DNA of 64,000 bases from a virus. This document shows, piece after piece, positions 1-9,507 of the stretch (within the stretch, counting starts at the first letter, position 1; each line of letters opens with the position of its first letter). Under the pieces are notes generated by a model. That model did not search any database. It worked only from the letters and a program-made list of their open reading frames with translations, and was not told where the DNA came from. The stretch is taken from IMG/VR virus record IMGVR_UViG_3300045450_000109, positions 1 to 64,000 of that record. The stretch is one strand, 5' to 3'. The position numbers and the translations under genes were made by a program.

Positions 1-452
1 ATAAACTCGATGACGTACGCCAAGGTGGCGGGAACACGCTCATCCGCGTGCACCTCACTAAATCGGGGGCCAATGCCAGCCATACGCCGTGCGGGTCATC
101 GCCACTGAGTGGGGTGAAATACGTAGCATCCGGGAATAACAACTTCACAATCTACGTCCAACTCAAGCCGTACACGTACAACGTTATCCCCATGGTGACG
201 TTCACCGGTAAAACGCACTTTGAAGCGGGCGTGTCACTGTACTGGCAGCCTGACCTCGGTACCATTGTGGATGCTGATTTGGCCAAAGTGAGTGGTGTAG
301 CCGACTCCAAAGAAAACTGGAGCATTGGTCAGAAAGTCGGCGTGGGTGGCAGTGATGACGGTTATCTGTTGCTGAAGTCCAAAATGGTAGGGAACAACCT
401 GCAGGTCAAAATCGAAGGGGTAGTTTACAACATCGCGTTGACCAAAGCGTAA
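1..452 (+). CDS. 3' end of a larger ORF entering from upstream (beta-rich C-terminal domain, possibly virion/tail-fibre-like)
   Basis: Frame 3 is open from the window edge to the stop at 450-452. An intrinsic terminator follows directly. Confidence 0.6.
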   Translation, partial: KLDDVRQGGGNTLIRVHLTKSGANASHTPCGSSPLSGVKYVASGNNNFTIYVQLKPYTYNVIPMVTFTGKTHFEAGVSLYWQPDLGTIVDADLAKVSGVADSKENWSIGQKVGVGGSDDGYLLLKSKMVGNNLQVKIEGVVYNIALTKA

Positions 453-457
453 TATGC

Positions 458-480
458 GGGAGCCTTCGGGCTCCCTTTAT
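458..480 (+). terminator. intrinsic terminator
   Basis: GGGAGCC-TTCG-GGCTCCC hairpin followed by TTTAT. Confidence 0.8.
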
Positions 481-488
481 GCCGATGT

Positions 489-517
489 GAAATAAAAACA
501 TCCCAGACCTATATTAC
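489..517 (+). promoter_or_regulatory. phage promoter-like motif (AAATAA..21 bp..ATATTAC class)
   Basis: GAAATAAAAACA-N9-TATATTAC just downstream of a terminator. Same 21-bp offset as copies at 10238, 16428, 42291 and 52470. Confidence 0.45.
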
Positions 518-554
518 TGAAATAGATAAAGGCAACAGGAACTGGCGGTTTATC

Positions 555-1535
555 ATGAACGAAAATACAATAGACCCCTTGGACGATGGCGTTACCACCA
601 TCAACATATGGACCAAGGGAAAAACCCACTTAGGGCGACAACTTTCTAACTTGTCTAACCTGTCAATGACCCACCCGCACTACGGCAGGTTCGCTTGTCT
701 GGAAGGGTATTGGTTCTGGCTCTCTACTGGCAAAGAACACAACATCCTACGTGACCTCACAGGCTTTGAAGCACGTAAGGTTGGCAAAGAACTGAAACAA
801 GTTCGCTATGATGATTTCCAGAAAGAGTTCAAAGAAGGCATGTACTGGCGGCTGGTACAGCACCCGGAATTATCAGGACTGTTGCGTCGATTAGTAGGGT
901 ATGACCAGCTCGAACTCAAGCACTATTACGTGTACGGGTCAGAAACCGGAAAGCAGAAGGTGGTGGATGTTACCGAACGTCACCAATGGCAACTCGATTT
1001 CTATAAATGGTGGGCAGAACTCCCAGAGAACGAACTGCTTGGACAGGCCGTAATACTCATGGGTGAATTCACTCAATACGACCAGGGAATGTTAGAACAG
1101 ATTCTGGTCACGCAACTTGGGGCAAGAATTACCGACCCGAATTGGGCCAAACACTGCGTGGTGGGCAGCAAAATTAGTCCATCAGACGAACGATACGCCC
1201 GGGACAACTTTCACGTCATCAGCGAAACCGCCTTCGATGATTTGTTTTACTGCAATGATGGGGACATCACATTTCAGGACGTTGTGGACGTGTACCTCGA
1301 ATCCCAACAGCCGCCCAAGAAATACGTGGTGTTGAAAGGGGAGTTCGAAACGGGCTTGGGAGAAATCATCATGTGTCTGAACTCGCTAGGGTATACCGTA
1401 CTCAGCCGTCCTCACACTGGTGATGAGCCCGTGATACTGGGTGACCAGTCTGACCCGGAACTCGAATCGGCATTGAACAGCTGCAATGTAGAAGTAATGA
1501 CTGAACGCCACATACTCAATCAGGAGCCCTCATGA
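555..1535 (+). CDS. hypothetical protein; N-terminal part weakly NADAR/YbiA (DUF1768)-like
   Basis: 326-aa ORF. The pattern LSNLS..G.F.CLEGYWFW...ARKVGK...R.DDF...HPEL..LL...L.H resembles the NADAR signature FSNF..SEHYFQ..AR.G...R.W..H.EL..LL. Motif-level only. Confidence 0.55.
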   Translation: MNENTIDPLDDGVTTINIWTKGKTHLGRQLSNLSNLSMTHPHYGRFACLEGYWFWLSTGKEHNILRDLTGFEARKVGKELKQVRYDDFQKEFKEGMYWRLVQHPELSGLLRRLVGYDQLELKHYYVYGSETGKQKVVDVTERHQWQLDFYKWWAELPENELLGQAVILMGEFTQYDQGMLEQILVTQLGARITDPNWAKHCVVGSKISPSDERYARDNFHVISETAFDDLFYCNDGDITFQDVVDVYLESQQPPKKYVVLKGEFETGLGEIIMCLNSLGYTVLSRPHTGDEPVILGDQSDPELESALNSCNVEVMTERHILNQEPS

Positions 1536-1855
1536 ATAAATTCGTGTTGTTGTGTGTTGTTGCCGTAGGACTCAGTGGATGTCATGCATCGCACGCAACA
1601 CCTGACCCGCAGTTATACGCCAACAAAGGTATTGTGGTCAGTGAACCAACGTGTCAGGACACGGTATGTAAAGCCGTGATTAAAATCGATGAAGACGTCT
1701 GGCACTACGATGCCATCAAAGGTCCTGTAAAGCGTTCTGACGTGGTTTATAAAACATGTCGATACGATACTCGCCGTGAAGTTTGCAGCGCACTGTGGAC
1801 GTCTCAGCCCTACGTATTTTATCCTGAGACAACTGCCGAAGGCACTACCCCGTAA
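1532..1855 (+). CDS. putative lipoprotein
   Basis: N-terminus MNKFVLLCVVAVGLSGC is a signal peptide plus lipobox. ATGA start/stop overlap with the upstream gene. Confidence 0.75.
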   Translation: MNKFVLLCVVAVGLSGCHASHATPDPQLYANKGIVVSEPTCQDTVCKAVIKIDEDVWHYDAIKGPVKRSDVVYKTCRYDTRREVCSALWTSQPYVFYPETTAEGTTP

Positions 1856-1867
1856 GTCTACTTGTCC

Positions 1868-1890
1868 GGCGGGGTAATCCCCGCCTTTTA
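1868..1890 (+). terminator. intrinsic terminator
   Basis: GGCGGGG-TAAT-CCCCGCC followed by TTTTA. Confidence 0.8.
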
Positions 1891-1906
1891 TTCCCGGAGT
1901 ACAAAA

Positions 1907-2626
1907 ATGAGTAAGATTCCTTTATTGTTGTTTTCAGGCGGACTGGATTCCACAACCATGTTGGCGACACAGTTAATGAAAGGACCGTGTGACGTCCTTT
2001 ATGTCCGGGGTCACCAACACCCAGACAAAATTGCAGCAGAACTGACCGCGCGTGAAAAGATGTTTGCGGTCATCAATTCACAGCAGGGTTATAAAGTGCG
2101 CAAGCAATACGACATCAAAGTGGACATGGGTTTCGTTCCGTATAAACATCAACACAAGTTCAATCAACCGTTGACCTGGATAATCGGAGCAATGATGGTA
2201 ATGGAACCCGCGAGCCATTCAGAACTGCAAATTGGGTACTGTGACGGCGATGGAATGCTGACGCACCTGCACGACGTTGAAATCGCCTGGAATGCATTGT
2301 GGCAATTCACTAAAATGGGTGAGTCCCCGCCAGTGGTGTTCCCACTGCGCTACCGCAACAAAGTAGAGATGTTGGGTGCCCTGCCACCTGAGCTATTGGC
2401 CCATATCTGGGTGTGTGAAATGCCCTCACGCAATGCCGGACGTGTAGTACCCTGTGGATACCGATGTACCCCCTGTCGACGTAATCGGGCAGTGGCGGAA
2501 GAATACAAATATGAACATGGTATTTACCCTGCAACCCGCGTATTACGATCACGCGCTGCTAATACTGACTTTGATGCTGCGACCATCTTTGAACGGATAG
2601 CTAGAAGAAAATTACAGACACCGTAA
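1907..2626 (+). CDS. QueC-like PP-loop ATPase (7-cyano-7-deazaguanine synthase family, divergent)
   Basis: SGGLDSTT PP-loop at the N-terminus and a C-terminal Cys cluster CGYRCTPCRRN like the QueC Zn site. Start chosen at the ATG after CCGGAGTA, because the track start at 1862 lies inside the terminator. Confidence 0.6.
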   Translation: MSKIPLLLFSGGLDSTTMLATQLMKGPCDVLYVRGHQHPDKIAAELTAREKMFAVINSQQGYKVRKQYDIKVDMGFVPYKHQHKFNQPLTWIIGAMMVMEPASHSELQIGYCDGDGMLTHLHDVEIAWNALWQFTKMGESPPVVFPLRYRNKVEMLGALPPELLAHIWVCEMPSRNAGRVVPCGYRCTPCRRNRAVAEEYKYEHGIYPATRVLRSRAANTDFDAATIFERIARRKLQTP

Positions 2627-2655
2627 AAGGTATGTAACTAATCCGCGGAGGCCCT

Positions 2656-2955
2656 ATGCAGGTATTGAATTTAACCCCGTCAGAGAAGCTCAGCCTTGAG
2701 GCGGGTTTACTGAACGGTCTTAAAAATCTGGTGCGAATGGATAACTTCGGCACGGTATTGGGCAAATCAGACACCACCCTGGTGGACCTGACAACCGTTT
2801 CAGCCACACGTACCGCTGTCACGTTCATTTATGCACATGACGACAGCAACATTAAATCCCCCGATGTTTGGCAAGTTCCTGTTAATCGCTTACGAATGTA
2901 TTTCGACGATACCGTGATGGCGATTTTTGAACGACATGGGGTCATCACCAATTAA
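2656..2955 (+). CDS. hypothetical protein
   Basis: 99-aa ORF with GGAGG SD. Confidence 0.7.
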   Translation: MQVLNLTPSEKLSLEAGLLNGLKNLVRMDNFGTVLGKSDTTLVDLTTVSATRTAVTFIYAHDDSNIKSPDVWQVPVNRLRMYFDDTVMAIFERHGVITN

Positions 2956-2965
2956 GGATGTGATT

Positions 2966-3715
2966 ATGTTCGCAGCAACGTTACGGCGGTGGTTTGGGGT
3001 ACGCTCAAACTACCTGGATGAAGATTATAACCAACGGATTATCCGTGGGCACTGGCTGGGTCGGTATTACGAAATTACCCTGGGCGATAAACGCAATCAC
3101 TGGTGCGCCTATTTCCGACGGGACACCAATGGCGAAGCGATGGTGCGTTTCTTTCGCACGGCCGTGTTCTTTCACCTACGCAGTAAACCTAAGGAAATGA
3201 GCTACAGTGAACATGACAACGCCGCGCAGTACGGCTGGAACGTGTTGGATGATGAGTTCGTGGTCTATGCGGGTCTTAAGTCACCGAAGTCCGGTAAGCA
3301 CATTTCTCTGCGAGCGCGCTCGTACTACATCCCGTTTCCCTGGACCTTCCGCCGCTATCGCGATTACGCGTTCATGCGTAACGCTGAATGGATGGACACC
3401 ACCACGACCCCAGCCGCAAAAGACGACATCCAACAGTGGTCGATGCCGTTCACCTACACTACGCACCATGGCGAAGTACAGGACGCTACTGCGACGGCTG
3501 AAGTCAAAAAGCGGGTGTCACGTTTAGCCTGGTTCAAATGGCTGCCGTGGCCCGCCCGCACCGAACGGTATGCTACATTTAAATTCGATAAGGAAATCGG
3601 TCACGACAACGGCGGTTGGAAAGGCGGAGTAATGGGTGCGTCCGTAACGATGCAACCCCATGAAGAAGCCTCAGACGTTTTGAAGCGGATAATTAAGGAA
3701 CAGCGTTATGGTTGA
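2966..3715 (+). CDS. hypothetical protein (Trp-rich; possible paralog of 6123-6959)
   Basis: ATG after AAGGA SD avoids overlap with the upstream gene. The C-terminal region F.WLPW...G.DNGGW resembles 6123-6959. Confidence 0.7.
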   Translation: MFAATLRRWFGVRSNYLDEDYNQRIIRGHWLGRYYEITLGDKRNHWCAYFRRDTNGEAMVRFFRTAVFFHLRSKPKEMSYSEHDNAAQYGWNVLDDEFVVYAGLKSPKSGKHISLRARSYYIPFPWTFRRYRDYAFMRNAEWMDTTTTPAAKDDIQQWSMPFTYTTHHGEVQDATATAEVKKRVSRLAWFKWLPWPARTERYATFKFDKEIGHDNGGWKGGVMGASVTMQPHEEASDVLKRIIKEQRYG

Positions 3716-4133
3716 TTACCATCTACCTTTGACCCAATCGCAACGTCAGCCTTTGGTCGCTGAATACCAGCAAGCTATGCAGATTAGACGTCAGAAGGCC
3801 ATGTTTGAAAACCTGACAGACCGCGTCATGGACCAGGTTTCTTCGTTCTTGGGTGAGTTTGTTATGTCGACCACGCAAACCGCAATCCAAGATGCAGTAA
3901 ATCGAGAAATAGATAAATGGTGGGAGTACCACTTATCTTCACGGGGTCCGATTGCTGCTCGCATTAAATTTCAGATTCGGGTCGAACCCTCTCAACATCA
4001 CACTGCTGGTTATGATTTCAGGTATTCGCCTGCTCTTGAACTGCTGGCGATGGGTAATTTTAATCGCGAGGCCATTCCCGGACACCGACCTACTGATGAA
4101 GTCTTGGTGAGTTGGGTCAGAAATAAGGAGTAG
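3708..4133 (+). CDS. hypothetical protein
   Basis: 141-aa ORF, AAGGAA SD, 8-nt overlap with the upstream gene. Confidence 0.7.
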   Translation: MVDYHLPLTQSQRQPLVAEYQQAMQIRRQKAMFENLTDRVMDQVSSFLGEFVMSTTQTAIQDAVNREIDKWWEYHLSSRGPIAARIKFQIRVEPSQHHTAGYDFRYSPALELLAMGNFNREAIPGHRPTDEVLVSWVRNKE

Positions 4134-4137
4134 GACC

Positions 4138-4413
4138 ATGACTGATACACGCACGCCCTTTCTGAAACTCATCTGGCGACCGCTCCCTAATGTCCCAGCG
4201 GGCTATGCATTTATCCATCGCTTGTTTGATATCCAAATCGGCAATCAGCAACTGATGGAAGAACACTGGCCCACTATCCAGGAACGGTTACGTGAACGTT
4301 ACGATAGACCAGCCACGGAAGAAGAGTATCGCAAAATCATGATGCAGCCCGGTGACCGATTAGCGTATTACGACGACGGCACCATCAAAGTCTTTAAAGC
4401 CGACAACACCTGA
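4138..4413 (+). CDS. hypothetical protein
   Basis: 91-aa ORF, AAGGAG SD. Confidence 0.7.
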   Translation: MTDTRTPFLKLIWRPLPNVPAGYAFIHRLFDIQIGNQQLMEEHWPTIQERLRERYDRPATEEEYRKIMMQPGDRLAYYDDGTIKVFKADNT

Positions 4414-4506
4414 TTACAGTACCCAACCAAAAGAAGAAACTCGGGGCCATGACCCACGAACATTGTAGTTAAAACCATCTATTAATAGTCTAACAAGTGA
4501 GGTTGT

Positions 4507-5859
4507 ATGAGTTATCAGAGTTTTGCCAAAGATGAAATGCGACGGGCAGAGATTGACCCCATCACCCAGGGACTGGTCCTGAAGTTACTGACCATCACTG
4601 AACCGATGTGTGAAAGCGGCGCATCCCAGCAGGTTTATACCCAACACATTGCTGGGGTCTTGCGTCGTGGTGCAGTAGACCACCTGCCTGCCGAACTCAA
4701 ACCCGTGTTTGAGGGTGTTGATATTCATTCTGAAGAAGGGAAAATGCGCGTAGCAGAAAGTGTGTTTTTGCTGCACGCGTTTCTTAACTTCGAACCCATT
4801 ACACCCCTTACCGGCGCGGATGACGAATGGAACGACATCGGTCGCTATAGCGGTGAAGAGATGTACCAGAACCGTCGGCTGAGTACGGTGTTCAAAGACG
4901 GTAAAGATGCGCAAGCTTACCGGATAGACCAAATCCTGTTTGCTTACCCGAATCCCACGTACCGCGGATGGCATCTGATTAATCGAGGCAATGCCCTGTC
5001 CAGCCAGCCTGTGGTATTCCCGTATCACCCACAGGCTGAAGAAAACCAGTCGGTCACCCGATGGTTCTCAGCAGAGGACTGGCAGCACGAACTGCCACCG
5101 GGTGTGATGCCGGATGCGTGGTTACGCTGGATGTCCGAACGCTACCGTCAAGGTATTGACCCCACGACCAACAAAATCCGCAAAGGGGTCATGTTCTCAA
5201 CCCGCGAACAGGCGACCTTGCTGGAAACGATGTTTCGTAGTCTGCTGTGTTACGTGCGGTATTCTGAAGACCCAGGCGGTGCCTATCGCGAACTACTGGA
5301 CAAACTGGAGTGGTTGGAGCACATCGAGGAACCGTTCACCTTAAAATGGTCTGAGCCTCGTAACGCCGTTGATGGTCCAGAGGCCTTTCAAGCGGTGTTC
5401 ACTAAACCGCCACACGGAGCAGCATTGATGCGGTTATTGACGATGGTGCCGCCTGACGTGCAGGTACTGGCCAGTTCAAAAGACCCGCTGGGGTCTCCGT
5501 TGTTCCGGGATGCGCAAGGGCACGAGTACCGTTTCTGTTTGCGTACCGTCATGGCCCCTATTCACTGCTTCCAGGGATGGATACCGTTCTGTGGGTTTTA
5601 CGTACCGGTACTACGCCATGAACCGGGTGACCCTGAGCCGTTCTATACCTCAGAGGGCTACCCGGTACTGGGTGATGCGGAAGATTTCCTGTATCAGAAA
5701 CGCCGTGAGTTCGGGTTTACTCACCCCCGCGGTCGCCATACGCTGCGCATCAAAATGGCAGATGATTGTCTGGACCCGGTTGGCATGGCCCACAACCTCA
5801 TGGTCGAATACCGTTCCCTTGACAATGCGTCGGATGACCCTGTCGACAAGAAAGATTAA
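4507..5859 (+). CDS. hypothetical protein (450 aa)
   Basis: Long ORF, GAGG SD, followed by a terminator. Confidence 0.8.
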   Translation: MSYQSFAKDEMRRAEIDPITQGLVLKLLTITEPMCESGASQQVYTQHIAGVLRRGAVDHLPAELKPVFEGVDIHSEEGKMRVAESVFLLHAFLNFEPITPLTGADDEWNDIGRYSGEEMYQNRRLSTVFKDGKDAQAYRIDQILFAYPNPTYRGWHLINRGNALSSQPVVFPYHPQAEENQSVTRWFSAEDWQHELPPGVMPDAWLRWMSERYRQGIDPTTNKIRKGVMFSTREQATLLETMFRSLLCYVRYSEDPGGAYRELLDKLEWLEHIEEPFTLKWSEPRNAVDGPEAFQAVFTKPPHGAALMRLLTMVPPDVQVLASSKDPLGSPLFRDAQGHEYRFCLRTVMAPIHCFQGWIPFCGFYVPVLRHEPGDPEPFYTSEGYPVLGDAEDFLYQKRREFGFTHPRGRHTLRIKMADDCLDPVGMAHNLMVEYRSLDNASDDPVDKKD

Positions 5860-5868
5860 CAACGCCTT

Positions 5869-5894
5869 GGGGGCCTTCGGGCTCCCATCATTTT
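5869..5894 (+). terminator. intrinsic terminator
   Basis: GGGGGCC-TTCG-GGCTCCC hairpin then a T-rich tract. Confidence 0.7.
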
Positions 5895-5918
5895 CTGGGT
5901 TATTAGTGGAGGTGCCCT

Positions 5919-6122
5919 ATGTGGCATCCTTGGCTGATTGTCTTTACCGGGGCGGAACTGATACTGATTGTTGTTGTCAGTTTGGCCCTGCGGCAGTTTC
6001 ATCGCCAACTCAACGACGAAACAGACGTTATCTCGATTGGGTTGGTATTATTAATTTTTGTCAGTGTCATAGTGTCCATGGTGTGGATATTCTGCGTCAC
6101 TGAACTATACGGGGTATTTTAA
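5919..6122 (+). CDS. small membrane protein (2 predicted TM helices)
   Basis: 67 aa with two hydrophobic stretches, GGAGG SD. Confidence 0.65.
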   Translation: MWHPWLIVFTGAELILIVVVSLALRQFHRQLNDETDVISIGLVLLIFVSVIVSMVWIFCVTELYGVF

Positions 6123-6959
6123 ATGAAAGACCGTTACATGCGCCAATGGGACTGGAATCGGGAGCAAGACCGCGATACGCTTATCCGCCGCAAAATAGTT
6201 GAGGGGTTACCTGAAGCTGAAGCGGTGGCATTGGTCCGCCCTTGTACCCGTCGCATCCGGGCTGTTTGTACCCGACTGTATTGGGGGAAACGTGCCCGGC
6301 AGCTTAGTATCAGCTATGGTGTCGAAGGCCCAGATCGCGAAATCAATTTCTGGTTCTTCATTCCGTGGTTGTTCGGGATTGCGATTACTCTACGCTGTAA
6401 CCAGGAGTGGTTTGACCGCAAATACCCAGACCTGGCGACAGGCAAAAAAGACCGGGATTACAGCCTCACGGTGACCGGCAGTCACGTGGCACTGTATTGG
6501 GCAGACAGCAGTAACTGTTATGGGGGCGAGCGAAGTGGCTTTCGTTGGATAGGGGAATGGGTCGATATCTTGCGCGGGCAAACCACACGCGTAGACTGGA
6601 CCAAAGCGGAACTGGTGGCAGAGAAAGACATCAACTTGCGAGTGGTGCGTAAAAGCACACTGCACCCCAATACACCGTATTGGCAGCGCACTCGGGTTCA
6701 GGTGTTCAAAAAGACCGGTACGTGGCATTTCTCCCGCTGGTTTCCGAAGAAATACGTGCGGTGGGAAGTCCAGTGTGACCAGGTTTTTCTTATGTCGGGT
6801 AAGGGCGATAATGGATGGGACCAGGAACAATGGCAGTGGGGTGGTTACAACTTCGATCCCGAACTCCAACAATGCAATTTTGGTTGCAGTGCAAAAAATG
6901 CACAGGATGCTATTGACCAGTTCGTGGAGTCTTTTAACCGCTACCAGCAGCCGAGCTAA
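6123..6959 (+). CDS. hypothetical protein (Trp-rich; possible paralog of 2966-3715)
   Basis: 278-aa ORF; TAAATG junction with the upstream gene. Confidence 0.75.
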   Translation: MKDRYMRQWDWNREQDRDTLIRRKIVEGLPEAEAVALVRPCTRRIRAVCTRLYWGKRARQLSISYGVEGPDREINFWFFIPWLFGIAITLRCNQEWFDRKYPDLATGKKDRDYSLTVTGSHVALYWADSSNCYGGERSGFRWIGEWVDILRGQTTRVDWTKAELVAEKDINLRVVRKSTLHPNTPYWQRTRVQVFKKTGTWHFSRWFPKKYVRWEVQCDQVFLMSGKGDNGWDQEQWQWGGYNFDPELQQCNFGCSAKNAQDAIDQFVESFNRYQQPS

Positions 6960-6962
6960 GAT

Positions 6963-7127
6963 ATGAACCTGGAAACCGTGATAGCCGCCATGTGGAATGC
7001 CCATTACGCGTTGGGCTCGATTGAACACCGTACGGGTGTGCCTGCCGCGCGGTGTTGTCAGATTGCCAAAGACTATTACCGTCGTGAAGGTGGTAACACT
7101 CGCCCATTAGAGGAAACCCTACCGTGA
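6963..7127 (+). CDS. small hypothetical protein (54 aa, HTH-like)
   Basis: Not in the track (<60 aa). Fills the gap exactly, and its TGA overlaps the GTG start of the next gene. The segment GSIEHRTGVPAARCCQIAKDY looks helix-turn-helix-like. Confidence 0.45.
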   Translation: MNLETVIAAMWNAHYALGSIEHRTGVPAARCCQIAKDYYRREGGNTRPLEETLP

Positions 7128-7483
7128 AACAACTCTTTACTGTGCCTTGTCCGATGCCAGAAGAACGGGATACCGTGAACCTCGAGTTGGAGATTGTGCG
7201 GTTTGCACAATACCCTACCCCACAGGACTTCCTCAATACACGCGACGGTTGGTCATATCTGACTGTGGTGGTCGTGGAAGATACTGGTAATGGCGATAAA
7301 CCACGTAGCATGGTGTTTATCAATGCAGCGAAAGGCGCCCTACGGGACCGTGACCAGTTGTTCTATTACCGTCATCTCTGTAAGGCCCTCAGTGGTTATG
7401 AGAGCATCAACTGGAACATCGACCCACGGTTTGTGAATGCTACCGACGCGCAGATTGCGGGCATCATTAACAGTAACATGTAA
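7124..7483 (+). CDS. hypothetical protein
   Basis: 119-aa ORF with GTG start; terminator follows. Confidence 0.65.
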   Translation: MKQLFTVPCPMPEERDTVNLELEIVRFAQYPTPQDFLNTRDGWSYLTVVVVEDTGNGDKPRSMVFINAAKGALRDRDQLFYYRHLCKALSGYESINWNIDPRFVNATDAQIAGIINSNM

Positions 7484-7487
7484 ACCG

Positions 7488-7515
7488 CAGGAGGGGTAAA
7501 ACCCTCCTGTTATGT
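7488..7515 (+). terminator. intrinsic terminator
   Basis: CAGGAGGG-GTAAAA-CCCTCCTG followed by TTAT. Confidence 0.7.
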
Positions 7516-7639
7516 TGAAAGTAATAAAAAACTCCATGCGGGTAGCATGTGAGTAACAGAACTTCCCAAAATAAACACCAGGGAATGGGGAATAATCCCC
7601 ACCCATTCGCAGCACCCATCTAAAAGTAGAGGATTTACC

Positions 7640-8044
7640 ATGTCTAATGACGTACGTACGTTAACCGAGTTGGAAGCCCGCGACCAACTCGTTGCCACTG
7701 CCGTAAGTATTGCTAACGAGTACGCTTACGACCCTGACCTTGACGCCATGGAGAAATGCCATGGTGTGGCGTTCTCGGTGTTAGCGGCACTCGACGGTAA
7801 GCGCGATATCCCAGCGGTTCAGTTGATTGCTCAGACCGGCGATGATGTCGTGAAAGTTAGCAAGGAACAAGGCGAACCCTACATCGCCTTTGGTACCAAC
7901 ATGAACCCCGCGTATGACCTTCATACCCGTTATGCGGGTATGCGTCAGGAAATGGCGGCTGAAGCAGTTGATGCGGCTGTGGCTGACGATATCACCGCAG
8001 ACAGTTTTGACGGGAAAGACATGGAAGCCGACATCCCTTTCTGA
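7640..8044 (+). CDS. hypothetical acidic protein
   Basis: 134 aa. Leader AAAGTAGAGGATTTACCATG is shared with the gene at 55564. Confidence 0.75.
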   Translation: MSNDVRTLTELEARDQLVATAVSIANEYAYDPDLDAMEKCHGVAFSVLAALDGKRDIPAVQLIAQTGDDVVKVSKEQGEPYIAFGTNMNPAYDLHTRYAGMRQEMAAEAVDAAVADDITADSFDGKDMEADIPF

Positions 8045-8053
8045 GGACACGTC

Positions 8054-8758
8054 ATGTTAAGTTACTTAGGTAAAACGGAAATCCCGGTGGCTTTAGAGCA
8101 CGTTGGGCATGTCCGTCAACTCCGTATGCGACGACCTGACGATGTGGAAAACAAGGACGTTTTCCTCACCTGGTTATTTTTTCGTCGTACCCAAGAAAAC
8201 CACATTTCAGTGACCCTGGAATTGGGTTTCCACACCGATTTCTTCTTTGCGTTGTACAAGGATAACGTACTCGAGTGGTCGTCGTTAGCGCAGTACGGTT
8301 TGCAAATGGACTCGGATATCGCCTGTTATCTGACCACCCATTGCGAGTCACTGGATAACAACCCGTACGTGAATAAAGACTACCGGACATACCCGGACGA
8401 TGAGGACGCCCGCACCCCGCACGTGGTGACATCCGGGGAACTGGCAGGACGTCTCGCCAATGGTGTCTTTAGTACAGTCTGGTCGGTCTGGAACCCGGTG
8501 TTCGGTGAGCGCCCAGACCCGCTTGACGGAGCACTGAAAACCACCCAACAAATTCTGGGTATGCTTTCCGGCGCGCATGAGGACTTCCCTCGTGTGAATC
8601 TGGTGGTCAGTCAAAACACCGGAGAACGGGAGTACCGACGATTACAAGGTGGAGAAACCTTCGAGGACGGGACAGTCGTTAAGTTGGATGCCACCCACTT
8701 AATGGAAGTCCCGAAACAACACGAACTGGTAAAGGCTTGGTTAAACCTCAAGCGCTGA
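8054..8758 (+). CDS. hypothetical protein
   Basis: 234-aa ORF, GAGGA SD. Confidence 0.75.
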   Translation: MLSYLGKTEIPVALEHVGHVRQLRMRRPDDVENKDVFLTWLFFRRTQENHISVTLELGFHTDFFFALYKDNVLEWSSLAQYGLQMDSDIACYLTTHCESLDNNPYVNKDYRTYPDDEDARTPHVVTSGELAGRLANGVFSTVWSVWNPVFGERPDPLDGALKTTQQILGMLSGAHEDFPRVNLVVSQNTGEREYRRLQGGETFEDGTVVKLDATHLMEVPKQHELVKAWLNLKR

Positions 8759-8813
8759 GTCATTTCTTACATGCGCCAGTAATCATGCGTAGACAACCGA
8801 GGGGTTATATCCA

Positions 8814-9494
8814 ATGGAAAACAGTTTACCCGATGTCGGGTACTCACTTGGCAACGCACCCACCCACGATGCGCAGCCGTACGAAGAACATCTCATGCTG
8901 GATGTGGAGTGTTTAGGGACTCGCCCTGGCGCACCACTCGGCGCATTGGGTGCGGTTATTTTTCAACCCGACACGGGAAAAATCGTAGACACGTTCTACG
9001 AGAAAATTGATTTTGAAACATCCGTGAAAGCCGGTGGCACACTGGACGCTGCCACGGTTAAGTGGTGGTTAAAACAGGCAACTGAAGCTCAGCTACAAAT
9101 GGTGGGCAGCGTGAAAGAAGGCACAGCTATCGCTATCGATGATGCTTTCCTTCGTTTTGGTGAGTTCGTTCAGCGTCATCAAAAGTCGCCACGTTCTGGC
9201 ATCAAACACTGGGCCAACGGGGCAAACTTTGACCCAGGCATCCTGGAAGAAGCGTATTACCGTATGGACAAACAGTCACCACTGGTGTTCTGGAAATCTC
9301 TGGATGTGCGCACCATTGTGGAAATGGGTCGTCAATTTGGTATCGACCCGAAGGGCGAACTGACCCAATTGGGTTCACCCCACAAAGCCCTGGATGACTG
9401 CATGTTGCAGGTCAACTATGTCTCCCAAATTTGGCAACGTATACTGCCGCCTCACCCGCGTCAATATGCCTGGCCACAACGCAATAACCGTTAA
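8814..9494 (+). CDS. DEDD-family 3'-5' exonuclease (DnaQ/RNase T-like)
   Basis: ExoI LMLDVECLG, ExoII NGANFDPGILE, ExoIII HKALDDCM. Confidence 0.7.
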   Translation: MENSLPDVGYSLGNAPTHDAQPYEEHLMLDVECLGTRPGAPLGALGAVIFQPDTGKIVDTFYEKIDFETSVKAGGTLDAATVKWWLKQATEAQLQMVGSVKEGTAIAIDDAFLRFGEFVQRHQKSPRSGIKHWANGANFDPGILEEAYYRMDKQSPLVFWKSLDVRTIVEMGRQFGIDPKGELTQLGSPHKALDDCMLQVNYVSQIWQRILPPHPRQYAWPQRNNR

Positions 9495-9507
9495 GGACAC
9501 GTCGGAC

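Noticed and set aside
5510-6103. 197-aa + strand ORF in an alternative frame
   Set aside because: It overlaps the 3' third of gene 4507-5859, runs through the terminator at 5869-5894 and continues into the membrane-protein gene. It has no SD.
6390-7028. 212-aa minus-strand ORF
   Set aside because: It lies entirely antisense to the well-supported + strand genes 6123-6959 and 6963-7127. It has no SD and a shadow-ORF composition.
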